From contig OZ242180.1 of NCBI GenBank assembly GCA_965205485.1, forward strand, positions 96,001 to 160,000: DNA of 64,000 nt, read 5' to 3'. Numbering within the stretch: the stretch's first letter is position 1; each line of letters opens with the position of its first letter. The stretch is from Candidatus Latescibacterota bacterium. Lineage in GTDB: Bacteria > Latescibacterota > UBA2968 > GCA-2709665. This document shows positions 1 to 12,037 of this stretch, one piece after another. A program made the translations under genes and the position numbers. Below the pieces are notes generated by a model that was not told where the DNA came from, did no database searches, and saw nothing but the letters and a program-made list of their open reading frames with translations.

Positions 1-1023
1 TTTGCCGGGGACGAAGAGTTCCACGTGAAGATTCTCGTTGGCTTCCAGCACCCGGCGCAGATAGGCAAGATCCGCACTCGGGGATCCCGCAACGATCCGC
101 ACGCGCAGGCGATTCTCGATAACCTCCGCCGAAACGACCGCGGTATTGTTCGCCGTAGAGCGTTCCGCCGGCTGGGCCGCCAGATGAATCCGATAAACAC
201 GCCGGCCCGCCCGGTCCGGCGCCATCGAAAACCGGACCTCCTGTTCGCCGTCCGTCAGCGTGACCGGCGCCTCGGCCACCCGGCGCCCCTCCTCTTCGAC
301 AACCAGCAGCGAGCTTGCGCCTCCAAAGCCGCTGGACGTCAGGCCCACCGAAATCGACAACGGACGCCCGACGTAACCCATCGGATCGCATACGGCCGAC
401 AGGATCGCCGCGTCCCTTGGCGCGTCCGGGTTTCCCAGACCAACCGCGAAAACAGGCGCACCCAGCTCGAGCGCCGCCCGTTCCGGCCTCGCGCCCAGGT
501 TGTGCGCCCCGTCGGAAATCAGCACCGCCGCGACCAGGCCACGGCCGGCCGTTTCCTCCCGCAGCAGATCCAGCGCCGCGGCCAGGTCCGTGGCCCTTCC
601 GTCGAAGCGCAGTGAGTCCGCGCCCTCCTGCGGCAGGGGCGCCAGCCACTCGGAGAAGCGATACCTGGCAATCCGAGCGCGCGACGCCAGCGCTTCGAAC
701 ACGCCGCTCTTGAGGATGTCAATCGCGAGATCGCCGCGCCTCCGCCCGTCATCCTCGATGCGCATACTCTCGCTGTCGTCAACCAGGACCGCCACAAGCG
801 GCTTCCGCTCGCGCCGCAACGTGAGCGCCAGTACCGGTTCCATCATCAACGCCAGCAATAGAAGAAACGCGGTGCACCGCAATACGAGCAACCAACGTGC
901 CAACCGGAATCCCTGTTTTCGCGTACGGTACACCTGCCAGGCCAGGTAAACGCAGACCGGCGCGAGCAGACCCAGCCACACTCCGTCGTGCAAACTCAGA
1001 TCCAGATCAGACAGATCGAACAT
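1..1023 (-). CDS. vWA-domain membrane protein (partial, runs off window start)
   Basis: Hand translation from ATG 1023: two N-terminal hydrophobic helices, then VLVDDSESM (MIDAS DxSxS), ATDLAAAL and VLISDG; frame open to base 1. Absent from the ORF track because it has no stop in the window. Confidence 0.75.
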   Translation of the reverse strand, partial: MFDLSDLDLSLHDGVWLGLLAPVCVYLAWQVYRTRKQGFRLARWLLVLRCTAFLLLLALMMEPVLALTLRRERKPLVAVLVDDSESMRIEDDGRRRGDLAIDILKSGVFEALASRARIARYRFSEWLAPLPQEGADSLRFDGRATDLAAALDLLREETAGRGLVAAVLISDGAHNLGARPERAALELGAPVFAVGLGNPDAPRDAAILSAVCDPMGYVGRPLSISVGLTSSGFGGASSLLVVEEEGRRVAEAPVTLTDGEQEVRFSMAPDRAGRRVYRIHLAAQPAERSTANNTAVVSAEVIENRLRVRIVAGSPSADLAYLRRVLEANENLHVELFVPGK

Positions 1024-1026
1024 AGC

Positions 1027-2082
1027 TTACGTCAATTTCATCCTTGGATCGGCATCCAGGTCCCGTCCTGACCGCTCGCCCCTGCCAAGCCGGAAGCCCC
1101 CGGCGCACGCGATCATCGCCGCGTTGTCGGTACACAGGACCGGCGGCGGAAAACAGACCTCCACGCCTGATTCGGAGGCGGCTCGATACATCTCTTCCCG
1201 CAGACGCCGGTTCGCCGCCACGCCGCCCGTCAACAGAATCCGGCTCAGCTCCAGAGCGCCTGCCGCCTGGATTGTCTTTTCCACAAGCACATCGACGACC
1301 GCTGCCTGGAAGCTGGCGGCGATATCCGCCTGTTCCTCCACGACGTCGGCTTCAGACCGGCCCTTGATATGGTACAGGACCGATGTCTTGATCCCACTGA
1401 AGCTGAATTCGAACCCTTCCTGATTCCGGAGTCCTCGCGGAAATGCAAAGGCGCGGTCGTCGCCGTCGTCCGCCAGGCGGGAAATGACCGGACCGCCCAT
1501 GGTCGTTTCACCCTTCTTCAACACGCCCAGCATCTTCGCCACCTTGTCGAAGGCTTCCCCGGCCGCGTCGTCCCGTGTTTCGCCGCAGACCTCGTACAGA
1601 CCCCAGCGACGCACGTGGATCAACTGGGTATGGCCGCCTGAAATCACGAGGGCCAGAAAGGGCGGGCGCAGGCTGGCGTCGCCAAGCATCCCGGCGAAGA
1701 GATGCCCCTCGATATGATGGACGCCAATCAGCGGACGGCCGCTGCCCAACGCCAGACCCTTCGCGGTTGAAATACCCACCAGCAGGCATCCGACAAGGCC
1801 CGGACCGCTCGTGACCGCGATTCCGCCGAGCTCATCCAGCCCGATTCCGGCCCCGGACAACGCCTCGCGCACAACCGGCACGATCTTGCGCACATGGTTC
1901 CGCGACGCCAGTTCGGGAACCACGCCGCCGTAGAGACTGTGCTCCGTCTGGGAAAATATCACGTTCGACAGAATACGGTTGCCTGCCACAACCGCGGCGG
2001 CCGTTTCGTCGCACGACGTTTCGATACCCAGTACAGGGCGGTCCCATACGGGCTGAACGGATTCCCTGGATTGAAATGACAT
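1027..2082 (-). CDS. tsaD: tRNA threonylcarbamoyladenosine biosynthesis protein TsaD
   Basis: LGIETSCDET, GGVVPELASRNH, GPGL, HHIEGH, SGGHT, DDAAGEAFDK, FSFSG and TDNAAMIA motifs. Confidence 0.97.
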   Translation of the reverse strand: MSFQSRESVQPVWDRPVLGIETSCDETAAAVVAGNRILSNVIFSQTEHSLYGGVVPELASRNHVRKIVPVVREALSGAGIGLDELGGIAVTSGPGLVGCLLVGISTAKGLALGSGRPLIGVHHIEGHLFAGMLGDASLRPPFLALVISGGHTQLIHVRRWGLYEVCGETRDDAAGEAFDKVAKMLGVLKKGETTMGGPVISRLADDGDDRAFAFPRGLRNQEGFEFSFSGIKTSVLYHIKGRSEADVVEEQADIAASFQAAVVDVLVEKTIQAAGALELSRILLTGGVAANRRLREEMYRAASESGVEVCFPPPVLCTDNAAMIACAGGFRLGRGERSGRDLDADPRMKLT

Positions 2083-2118
2083 ATCGTCGCTTTAAAGGCG
2101 GAGGGGAGCGGACGCCGG

Positions 2119-2153
2119 AAATAAAGCGCCACCCCCGTTGATCAGGGGATGGC
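2119..2153 (-). terminator. Possible intrinsic terminator between the Zn-ribbon gene and tsaD
   Basis: Minus strand GCCATCCCC-tgatcaac-GGGGGTGGC (one G-U pair) followed by GCTTTATTT. Confidence 0.35.
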
Positions 2154-2425
2154 CCATGGCGAGGCGGGAAAGAAATGAAAAACAGGTTGAAGAAAACGTT
2201 CAATTTCAGGAAACGGCAACCGGTGCGATCGATGCCTCGACGCCACACAGATTCCCACCGCCACGCGGAGGCCGGCCACATCGATACCCGGCGGCGGGGA
2301 CATCCGCGGCCGTTCTGATTCCGGTGCGAACGCAGCCCGGCCGGACCGTCAATTGTGACAGGCTATCTTGACCCATCTTGAAACGCGTCGACCCTGCAGC
2401 CCAAAATCCGCGGACCGTCAGGGGG

Positions 2426-2617
2426 TTATTTGTACGACTCGGCGATGTTTCTTCCCATACTGATTTCGCCGTTATCGATTCGCAGGTTGAACCCGCAATC
2501 GGGATTACTGCAAACCCAGGCCTTATAGTGTATCGGCGCGCCGTCACGCCCGTAGTCCGATAAAGGGAGCAGAACGCCTTTATCGCACTTCAGACACTGT
2601 GTAAATTGATCCTCCAT
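2426..2617 (-). CDS. Small (63 aa) Zn-ribbon-like hypothetical protein
   Basis: MEDQFTQCLKCDKG...WVCSNPDCGF: CxxC plus CxxxxC pairs; GGAGGG upstream of ATG 2617. Confidence 0.75.
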   Translation of the reverse strand: MEDQFTQCLKCDKGVLLPLSDYGRDGAPIHYKAWVCSNPDCGFNLRIDNGEISMGRNIAESYK

Positions 2618-2758
2618 CCGGACCCTCCCCTCCACTGGAATTCTGGCTCCTACCGAAACAGGCCGCAATCTACCCGACCACGAGCCCAAAACAGCCGCCG
2701 GCAGCGTGAAACACGGACGCCGGAAATCACTGGCCCGCTTTATATTATCAGACATATA

Positions 2759-2787
2759 ATTTTATGTAAACCTGCGTTTAAAGTCAA
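2759..2787 (-). promoter_or_regulatory. Sigma70-type promoter for the Zn-ribbon gene
   Basis: TTGACT-17 nt-TAAAAT on the minus strand, in an AT-rich intergenic patch. Confidence 0.6.
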
Positions 2788-2833
2788 ATTATTTCCTTTA
2801 ATCTGCTCGTGGTTCCTGTCCGCGGGAAACCGA

Positions 2834-2862
2834 TTGACAATTATACACCCCTTAGGTATCCT
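2834..2862 (+). promoter_or_regulatory. Sigma70-type promoter for the helicase-UbiA genes
   Basis: TTGACA-17 nt-TATCCT. Confidence 0.55.
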
Positions 2863-3031
2863 TATACGTCTTGCACGACGCGAATGACTCGGCAATCAAG
2901 TTCAGCGTCACAGCCACGGATTCATTCCCGAAGCACAGCGCCACGTCGATCCGGTGAGCACGGACCTCCCGGTACAACCTGCCGACCTTCCCGGCTTTCT
3001 CCCGGAGACTGCCCGCCTGTCTCCAGCCCCT

Positions 3032-4735
3032 ATGTCATACGATTCCCAAAATCCCCTCATCGTGCAGAGCGACATGACCGTTCTGGCGGAGGTCGGCGGA
3101 CCCCGTTATGAAGCCGCCAGGGACGTACTGGCGCGCTTCGCCGAGCTGGAAAAAAGCCCGGAATACATCCATACGTACCGCATCAGCCCGCTTTCGCTCT
3201 GGAACGCCGCCGCCGCCGGTCTCACGGCGGACGAAATTACCGGCGCCCTGGAAACCTTCAGCAAATACGACATCCCCCAGAACGTCTCCGTCGAAATCCG
3301 GGAGACCCTTGGCCGGTACGGTCGAATTCGACTGGAACGATCCGGAAAAGACCTCATCCTCTCCGCGGACGACCCGCTGCTCATCACCGAAATCTCCCGG
3401 CACAAGTCGGTGCGACCCTTTCTGAATCGCCGGATTGACGCGCGCCGTCTCAAGGTCGACTTGCTGTACCGCGGCCACCTGAAGCAGGCGCTCACCCGCA
3501 TCGGCTTTCCGGTCAAGGACCTCGCGGGGTACGTGCCCGGCCGTCACCTGACGCTGCGGCGGCTTCCGAACACCCGCTCCGGCCTGCCCTTCCGGCTGCG
3601 CGACTACCAGCGGGAGGCCGCGGAGATCTTCCATGCGGGCGGGGGACCGGAAGGCGGCAGCGGGGTGGTGGTCCTGCCCTGCGGTGCAGGCAAGACCATC
3701 GTGGGCATCGCCGCGATCGAACGTCTACAGACGCAGGCGCTCATCCTCACCACCAATATCACCGCCTCGCGCCAATGGAAAGCGGAACTCCTGGACAAGA
3801 CGGACCTGAGGCCGGACCAGATCGGCGAATATTCGGGAGAGGTCAAGGAGATCCGCCCCATCACCGTCGCCACCTACAATATCCTCACATATAGAAAGAA
3901 AAAGGGAGACCCGTTTCCCCATTTCGCCATTTTCAATCATGGCAACTGGGGCCTCATCGTGTACGACGAAGTCCACCTGCTGCCCGCGCCCGTGTTCCGT
4001 TTTACCGCCGAGCTCCAGGCCAGACGCAGGCTTGGCCTCACTGCCACGCTCGTACGCGAAGACGGCCTGGAAGCGGACGTCTTCAGTCTCATCGGTCCCA
4101 AACGCTTCGACGTGCCCTGGCGGGACCTGGAGTCCAAGGGCTGGATTGCCACGGCCGAGTGCCGTGAGATCCGTCTCCCGCTTCCCCAGCACCTGCGCCT
4201 GGACTACGCCGTTGCCGGCGGCCGCGGGAAGTTCAGGATCGCCTCTGAAAACCCGTCCAAGATTCCACTGGCCAGACAACTCATCCGGAAACACGACAAG
4301 GACCAGGTTCTGGTCATCGGCAAGTACGTCAGTCAGGTCGAGGCGTTCGCCAGGGAACTGGATGCGCCCGTCATCACCGGCAAGACGCCGAGTGAGGAAC
4401 GCGATCTGTTGTACGCGCGTTTCCGGCAGGGCGATATCCGGCTGATGGTCGTCTCCAAGGTGGCCAACTTCGCCGTCGACCTGCCGGATGCGAACGTCGC
4501 CATCCAGATTTCGGGGACATTCGGTTCCCGGCAGGAAGAAGCCCAGCGGCTGGGGCGCATACTCCGGCCCAAGGCCAATGGCAGCCTGGCCCACTTCTAC
4601 ACCCTGGTGACGCGAGATACCCGGGAACTGGAGTTCGCCCGCAAGCGCCAGATGTTTCTTACCGAACAGGGTTACCGGTATTCCATTCGGGACGCCGCCG
4701 ATGTCTTCAAGGAATCCGGCGCCGCTCCGGTCTGA
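3032..4735 (+). CDS. XPB/Ssl2-like SF2 DNA repair helicase
   Basis: N-terminal NPLIVQSD...FAELEKSPEYIHTY domain, LPCGAGKT, YDEVH, GLTAT, SRQEEAQRLGRILRPK. Start placed at MSYDSQ; the ORF track starts at 2954. Confidence 0.92.
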   Translation: MSYDSQNPLIVQSDMTVLAEVGGPRYEAARDVLARFAELEKSPEYIHTYRISPLSLWNAAAAGLTADEITGALETFSKYDIPQNVSVEIRETLGRYGRIRLERSGKDLILSADDPLLITEISRHKSVRPFLNRRIDARRLKVDLLYRGHLKQALTRIGFPVKDLAGYVPGRHLTLRRLPNTRSGLPFRLRDYQREAAEIFHAGGGPEGGSGVVVLPCGAGKTIVGIAAIERLQTQALILTTNITASRQWKAELLDKTDLRPDQIGEYSGEVKEIRPITVATYNILTYRKKKGDPFPHFAIFNHGNWGLIVYDEVHLLPAPVFRFTAELQARRRLGLTATLVREDGLEADVFSLIGPKRFDVPWRDLESKGWIATAECREIRLPLPQHLRLDYAVAGGRGKFRIASENPSKIPLARQLIRKHDKDQVLVIGKYVSQVEAFARELDAPVITGKTPSEERDLLYARFRQGDIRLMVVSKVANFAVDLPDANVAIQISGTFGSRQEEAQRLGRILRPKANGSLAHFYTLVTRDTRELEFARKRQMFLTEQGYRYSIRDAADVFKESGAAPV

Positions 4736-5576
4736 CCTTTCCGAAGCCGACGCCATCCGCGCGATATTTCAGATCACGCGCCCGCAGAACTGTCTCATCA
4801 CCGTTGCCTCGGTACTGATGGGCGGGTGGCTGGGCGTACACGCGCTGCCCGAGCAACTCTGGCTCGCCGCATTCTCCGCGGCAGCCGTCATGGCCGGCGG
4901 CAATACGCTCAACGACCTGTGGGACCTGGATACAGATCGCGTCAACCATCCCCGCAGGCCCCTGCCTTCCAATCGCCTCAGCCCCCGCGCCGCCGCCATC
5001 GAGTGCGTTGTCCTCATGGCGCTGGGCCTCGGCCTAAGCCTCTTCCTGCCGCCTGAAGCCATCGTGACCGCGGTCTTCGCGTGCGGATGTCTCGTGGTGT
5101 ATAATCGACGGCTGAAACACATTCCACTTGCCGGTAACCTCGCGGTCAGCCTCTTGTGCGGCATTGCGTTCTTCTACGGCGGATTCGCCGCCGGCGCCGC
5201 GGTACCCGCCGCCGTACCTGCCCTGTTTGCGACCGTCTACCATCTTGGCAGGGAAATCCTCAAAGACGCTCAGGATATCCCGGGAGACCGCATCGCGCCC
5301 GGCGGGACCCTGCCCCTTCGCTGGGGGCCGGCCAGCTCCTGCCGACTGGCCGCCGGGGTCTATGCGATCCTGATTCTGCTTACCCCGGTTCCGTACATCC
5401 TGGGCCTCTACGGGCTCCCCTATCTCATCCTCGTTTGCCTGCTCGACGTCCTGCTGGTTTGTCTCATGATCCAGGTTCTCCGCGTCCCCGATACACACCG
5501 CCTCCACAGGGTCAACCGGTTTCTGAAGGCGGGAATGATGCTGGGACTGCTGGCCATCCTTGCGGGTACGCTTTGA
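4701..5576 (+). CDS. UbiA-family prenyltransferase, DGGGP-synthase-like
   Basis: RPQN, NDLWDLDTDRVNHPRRPLPS and REILKDAQDIPGD Asp-rich motifs; multiple TM helices. Confidence 0.85.
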   Translation: MSSRNPAPLRSDLSEADAIRAIFQITRPQNCLITVASVLMGGWLGVHALPEQLWLAAFSAAAVMAGGNTLNDLWDLDTDRVNHPRRPLPSNRLSPRAAAIECVVLMALGLGLSLFLPPEAIVTAVFACGCLVVYNRRLKHIPLAGNLAVSLLCGIAFFYGGFAAGAAVPAAVPALFATVYHLGREILKDAQDIPGDRIAPGGTLPLRWGPASSCRLAAGVYAILILLTPVPYILGLYGLPYLILVCLLDVLLVCLMIQVLRVPDTHRLHRVNRFLKAGMMLGLLAILAGTL

Positions 5577-5755
5577 TGCGGGGAGTGAATTTAACGTCGA
5601 ACGAACTCCTGCCCTTCCCGCTGCGGGGAGCGTTGCAAAGCCAGCAATTGGCCTCATCCTCGAAAACGTGGACCCGGGCGAGAGACTTGCGATTGGCTGA
5701 TGTCATTGTTTATCTTGACGCCAATGCAAAACCGGTTTGACACGAGGAACTTTGA

Positions 5756-7762
<2,007 letters not shown>

Positions 7763-7854
7763 CGACTCCCGCGCGCGCCGCATTCGCCGCGCAAGGCGCA
7801 GGTTCGCGGGATCGATGTCCCCCGGCCAGACGCGCCCGATTCAGCCCTTTTCGC

Positions 7855-7883
7855 TTGACAGAAAACCCACGCTTTGTTACACT
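7855..7883 (+). promoter_or_regulatory. Promoter of tRNA-Ala
   Basis: TTGACA-17 nt-TACACT with extended -10 TG, ~20 nt upstream of the tRNA. Confidence 0.7.
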
Positions 7884-7904
7884 TCCTCCACATTGCCCAG
7901 CGGT

Positions 7905-7980
7905 GGGGCTGTAGCTCAGCTGGGAGAGCGCATGACTGGCAGTCATGAGGTCGTCGGTTCGATCCCGATCAGCTCCACCA
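7905..7980 (+). tRNA. tRNA-Ala (anticodon GGC)
   Basis: 76 nt GGGGCTGTAGCTCAG...GTTCGATCCC...AGCTCCACCA; anticodon arm CATGA-CTGGCAG-TCATG; encoded CCA. Confidence 0.97.
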
Positions 7981-7990
7981 ATGAAATCAG

Positions 7991-8030
7991 AAACAGGCTT
8001 GCGCGACACCGCGCAAGCCTGTTTTGGTTT
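7991..8030 (+). terminator. Intrinsic terminator after tRNA-Ala
   Basis: AAACAGGCTTGCGCG-acac-CGCGCAAGCCTGTTT followed by TGGTTT. Confidence 0.8.
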
Positions 8031-8033
8031 GTA

Positions 8034-8585
8034 CGACCTCTCCCGGCGCTGCGCGCCACCCTCTCCCGCGGGAGAGGGTCTGGCTGCTGGATAGGTGTCG
8101 CGAAATGCGACAGTTGGTTCGCCTGTGGAAAGAGGGGATCGACTGATGGGCGCGTAGTGTGATACGAGAAGCCAGAGCTTGTGAGGGTGGAGCGGACATT
8201 CCTGTCTGCTCACGTTTGTCGAACCGGTAGGCAAACCTCGGTTTTCGTCAGATCCAGGTGGCCAGGCAACACTTCGGCTAATTCAGGAACCGAACAATAG
8301 AGACATCTGACAATCATTGCGCCTGGCCACGTGGCCCTCCCACGTCACTAACCCATTGAGGGCGACCTCTCCCGGCGCAGAGCGCCACCCTCTCCCACAG
8401 GGAGAGGGTCTGGCTGCGCGACAGGTGTCGCGAAATGCGACAGAAAGTTCGCCGGTGGAGACATGGATCGACTGGTCCCGCGCGCAGCGCATACGAGAAG
8501 CCAGAGCTTGCCAGGGTGGAGCGGACATTCCTGTCTGCTCACGTATGTCGAACCGGGAGGTAAGCCTCGGTTTTCATCAGATCCA
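8034..8585. repeat. Diverged ~223 bp direct repeat (8034-8256 and 8363-8585) built of REP-like palindromes
   Basis: Both copies contain CCCTCTCCC..GGGAGAGGG, TGTCGCGAAATGCGACA and GGTGGAGCGGACATTCCTGTCTGCTC. Confidence 0.85.
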
Positions 8586-8813
8586 ACGATCAAGTAAGAC
8601 TTCGACTCACCCAACTACCTTGTAATCGGTCCATCTAACATCCTCCCCCCTACCCACCTCACCCTGCCCGCCTCGCCAGGACATCCCGTGTAACTAACCA
8701 ATTGATTATGAGTGATTTGAATAGGTGCATTCGGTAGGTACGTCGCCAAATGCACCTGCTCCCAATTGAATGGCAAATTGCTCAGCCCCCAGGTGTCGCA
8801 ATATGCTACTGTT

Positions 8814-8843
8814 GTCGCATTTTGCGTTGACGCAAAATGCGAC
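8814..8843. promoter_or_regulatory. Perfect 14 bp inverted repeat over the probable hsdM promoter
   Basis: GTCGCATTTTGCGT-tg-ACGCAAAATGCGAC, overlapping TTGACG with TATACT just downstream. Confidence 0.55.
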
Positions 8844-8906
8844 GTAGTATACTTTAAAGGTGTACATTAAGTCAGCTTTGGAGCGAATACACGGAGGCCA
8901 AACAGA

Positions 8907-10500
8907 ATGGCGAAAGGCAGACGTAAAAAATCGTCGACGCAGGCCAAATCGGGCGACGGAAACGAAGCTTCTGATTTTCGGTCCGAACTCTGGGCGATGG
9001 CCGACGCGTTGCGGGGCAGCATGGACGCCGCGGAGTACAAGCACGTCGTGCTGGGCCTGATCTTCCTCAAGTACATTTCAGACGCGTTCGAGGAAGCCCA
9101 CTACCAAACTGGTGGAGGAAGTCGCTGAAGGCGCGGACCCGGAGGATCCCGACGAGTACCGCGCCCAGAGCATCTTCTGGGTCCCTCCCGAGGCGCGATG
9201 GCCAAAACTCCAGTCGCAGGCCCACCAACCCACCATCGGACGTACTCTAGACGATGCGATGACCGCCATTGAGCAGGATAATCCTGCGCTCAAGGATGTC
9301 TTGCCAAAGGACTACGCGCGCCCAAACCTGGATAAGACGCGATTGGGGCAGGTTGTCGACATGGTCAGCAACATTCAGGTAGGCGGCGAGGAGGCGCGCG
9401 CCACGGACGTTCTGGGCAGCGTCTATGAGTACTTCCTGGAGCAGTTCGCGATCGCCGAGGGCCGAAAGGGCGGCGAGTTCTACACCCCGCGCAGCGTCGT
9501 TCGCCTACTCGTTGAAATGCTGGAACCATATGAGGGAAGGGTCTACGACCCGTGCTGCGGATCATCGGGTATGTTCGTCCAGTCTATGGAATTCATTGAC
9601 GCTCACACCAGCGGAAATGGCAATGGCGGCAACGCCAGAGAAAAAATCTCCATATATGGCCAGGAATCCAACTACACAACGTGGCGAATGGCAAGGATGA
9701 ATCTGGCGATACGCGGCATCGAGGGTCAGATCGCACACGGGGACAGCTTTCACAACGACAGTCATCCCGATCTGAAGGCCGACTACATCCTCGCCAATCC
9801 TCCATTCAATGTTTCCGACTGGGGCGGCGAACGTCTGCGCGAGGACAAACGATGGGAGTTCGGCGTTCCGCCCGTCGGCAATGCCAACTTCGCCTGGGTG
9901 CAGCACTTTCTGCACCACCTGTCACCTCGCGGCACTGCCGGGTTCGTACTCGCCAACGGCTCCATGTCGTCTAACCAGTCAAACGAAGGGGAAATCCGAA
10001 AGAATATCATCGAGGCCAACCTGGTGGACTGCATCGTCGCCCTGCCCGGTCAGCTATTCCGGTCCACGCAGATACCTGCGTGTTTATGGTTTTTGTCTCG
10101 TGGCCGAGCCAATGGGGAACATAGGGACCATGAGGACGAGACGCTTTTCATCGACGCCAGGAAAATGGGCCACCTGATCGACCGTACGCGAAGGAACCTA
10201 TCGCCGGAGGACATCGCCAGGGTCGCGAACACCTATCACGCCTGGCGCGGCGGCGAGGGATCCGGGGAGTACGTGGACGTTTCGGGGTTCTGCAAGAGCG
10301 CATCGCTGGAAGAGATTCGCAAACACGGCCACGTCCTCACACCGGGCCGCTACGTCGGCGCGGAACCGCAACCCGATGATGGAGAGCCGTTCGAGGAAAA
10401 GATGGCGCGCCTTACAGCTCGGTGGCGGGAACAACGAACGGAAGCGTGGCGACTGGATGCGGCGATTGAGGAAAATTTGAAACATCTGGGATTTGGATGA
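8907..10500 (+). CDS. hsdM: Type I R-M methyltransferase subunit (one +1 frameshift at ~9102)
   Basis: [32 protein letters not shown] in the 8907 frame; continues in the 9112 frame with [16 protein letters not shown] and NPPF. Confidence 0.93.
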
Positions 10501-10714
10501 AAGGACCGGTGAAAGCCCGGTTCTTGTCAGTAAAAATAGTCCAACATCTCCGAATCCGGCAGTGGCAGGAATATCACGAGGCCGAAGCGACACTCAGTGA
10601 GTTGCGTCATTCAATTTCACAATATATAACTGATAGCTCCCTGTAAATGACAAACTGCGAGACATTGGGGAAGTGTGAGAAGAAAGAGTCGTTCGTCGAG
10701 GAAGGGAATTAGGC

Positions 10715-12037
10715 GTGACAGAACAGGAAGAAGTGACGTTGGGCAAGGTTGCAGACGTTGTGATGGGCCAATCTCCTCCTGGCTCGACATACAACGAGAC
10801 CGGAAGAGGTCTGCCGTTTTTTCAGGGCGTCAAAGACTTCAATTACCGCCACCCGACTCGTCGTGTATTCTGCTCGGAACCATCCAGAGTCGCATATCCT
10901 GGGGACATACTTTTTAGTGTGCGAGCACCAATCGGACGGGTAAATGTAGCAGATAAGAAGTGCGCCACTGGTCGTGGGCTTGCGATAATCAGACCCCATT
11001 CGCAGTCAGACGGTCGCTACCTCGAATTCGTCCTCAGGCAATTGGAGCCCAAATGGGACGCACTTGAAACGAGTGGTTCAGTCTTTGGCAATGCTACAAA
11101 GCGAGATCTAGAGTCTCTGGTTATGCGATGGCCCATGAACGAAGGTGAACGCGTCGCAATTGGCCATATCCTAGGTACATTGGACGACAAGATCGAGTTG
11201 AACCGGCGGATGAACGAGACGCTGGAGGAAATGGCGCGGGCTCTGTTCAAGTCGTGGTTTGTGGACTTCGACCCCGTCCGTGCAAAGGCAGCGCTTACCT
11301 CTACCCCTTCGGATGGCAGCGATTGGACAGTGGATCGAGCGCGGGCGTATCTCGACAGCATTGACTGTAGCGTGGCCGACCTGTTCCCCGAACGGTTTGT
11401 CGACTCGGAACTCTGCGAGATACCGGAGGGTTGGGAGGTCAAAGCAGTTGGCGATGTTGTGGAAGTGGTAGGGGGAACAACGCCTAGCACAAAGGTAACG
11501 GGGTACTGGGACAGTGGAACGCATTGTTGGGCTACGCCCAAAGACCTCTCAGACCTGTCTTCGCCCGTGTTAATGAACACCGAACGAAAAATCACGGATG
11601 CTGGCCTAGCAAAAATAGGTTCGGGACTATTACCGAAGGGTACATTGCTGTTGTCGTCCAGGGCGCCTATTGGATACGCTGCAATAAACGAAATGCCGGT
11701 AGCAATCAATCAGGGATTTATAGGTATTCCACCGGGCGATATTGTATCAAATCTCTTTTTGTTAAACTGGTGCAGAGCGTGTCACGAGGTGATTATCAAC
11801 CATGCAAATGGCTCAACATTTCTCGAAATCAGCAAACGGGACTTCCGACTAATCCGAATAGTTATGCCGGATGAAGCAGTTATGTTGTCGTTTGACGAGG
11901 CCGTCCGCCCACTTTACGATTACATCGTCTCGAATGAACGCGAGTCTCGTATACTCACCGCTAAGCGGGATGCGTTACTGCCGAGACTGATGTCAGGGAG
12001 GTTGACCGCATTAGAAGGGGCTAACAGTGGCAGATAA
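10715..12037 (+). CDS. hsdS: Type I R-M specificity subunit
   Basis: Two TRDs; conserved ILGTLDDKIELNRRMNETLEEMARALFKSWFVDF and RDALLPRLMSG segments. Confidence 0.93.
   Translation: MTEQEEVTLGKVADVVMGQSPPGSTYNETGRGLPFFQGVKDFNYRHPTRRVFCSEPSRVAYPGDILFSVRAPIGRVNVADKKCATGRGLAIIRPHSQSDGRYLEFVLRQLEPKWDALETSGSVFGNATKRDLESLVMRWPMNEGERVAIGHILGTLDDKIELNRRMNETLEEMARALFKSWFVDFDPVRAKAALTSTPSDGSDWTVDRARAYLDSIDCSVADLFPERFVDSELCEIPEGWEVKAVGDVVEVVGGTTPSTKVTGYWDSGTHCWATPKDLSDLSSPVLMNTERKITDAGLAKIGSGLLPKGTLLLSSRAPIGYAAINEMPVAINQGFIGIPPGDIVSNLFLLNWCRACHEVIINHANGSTFLEISKRDFRLIRIVMPDEAVMLSFDEAVRPLYDYIVSNERESRILTAKRDALLPRLMSGRLTALEGANSGR

Noticed and set aside
10715..12037. hsdS shufflon
   Set aside because: Only one hsdS, with no silent TRD cassette or recombinase nearby.
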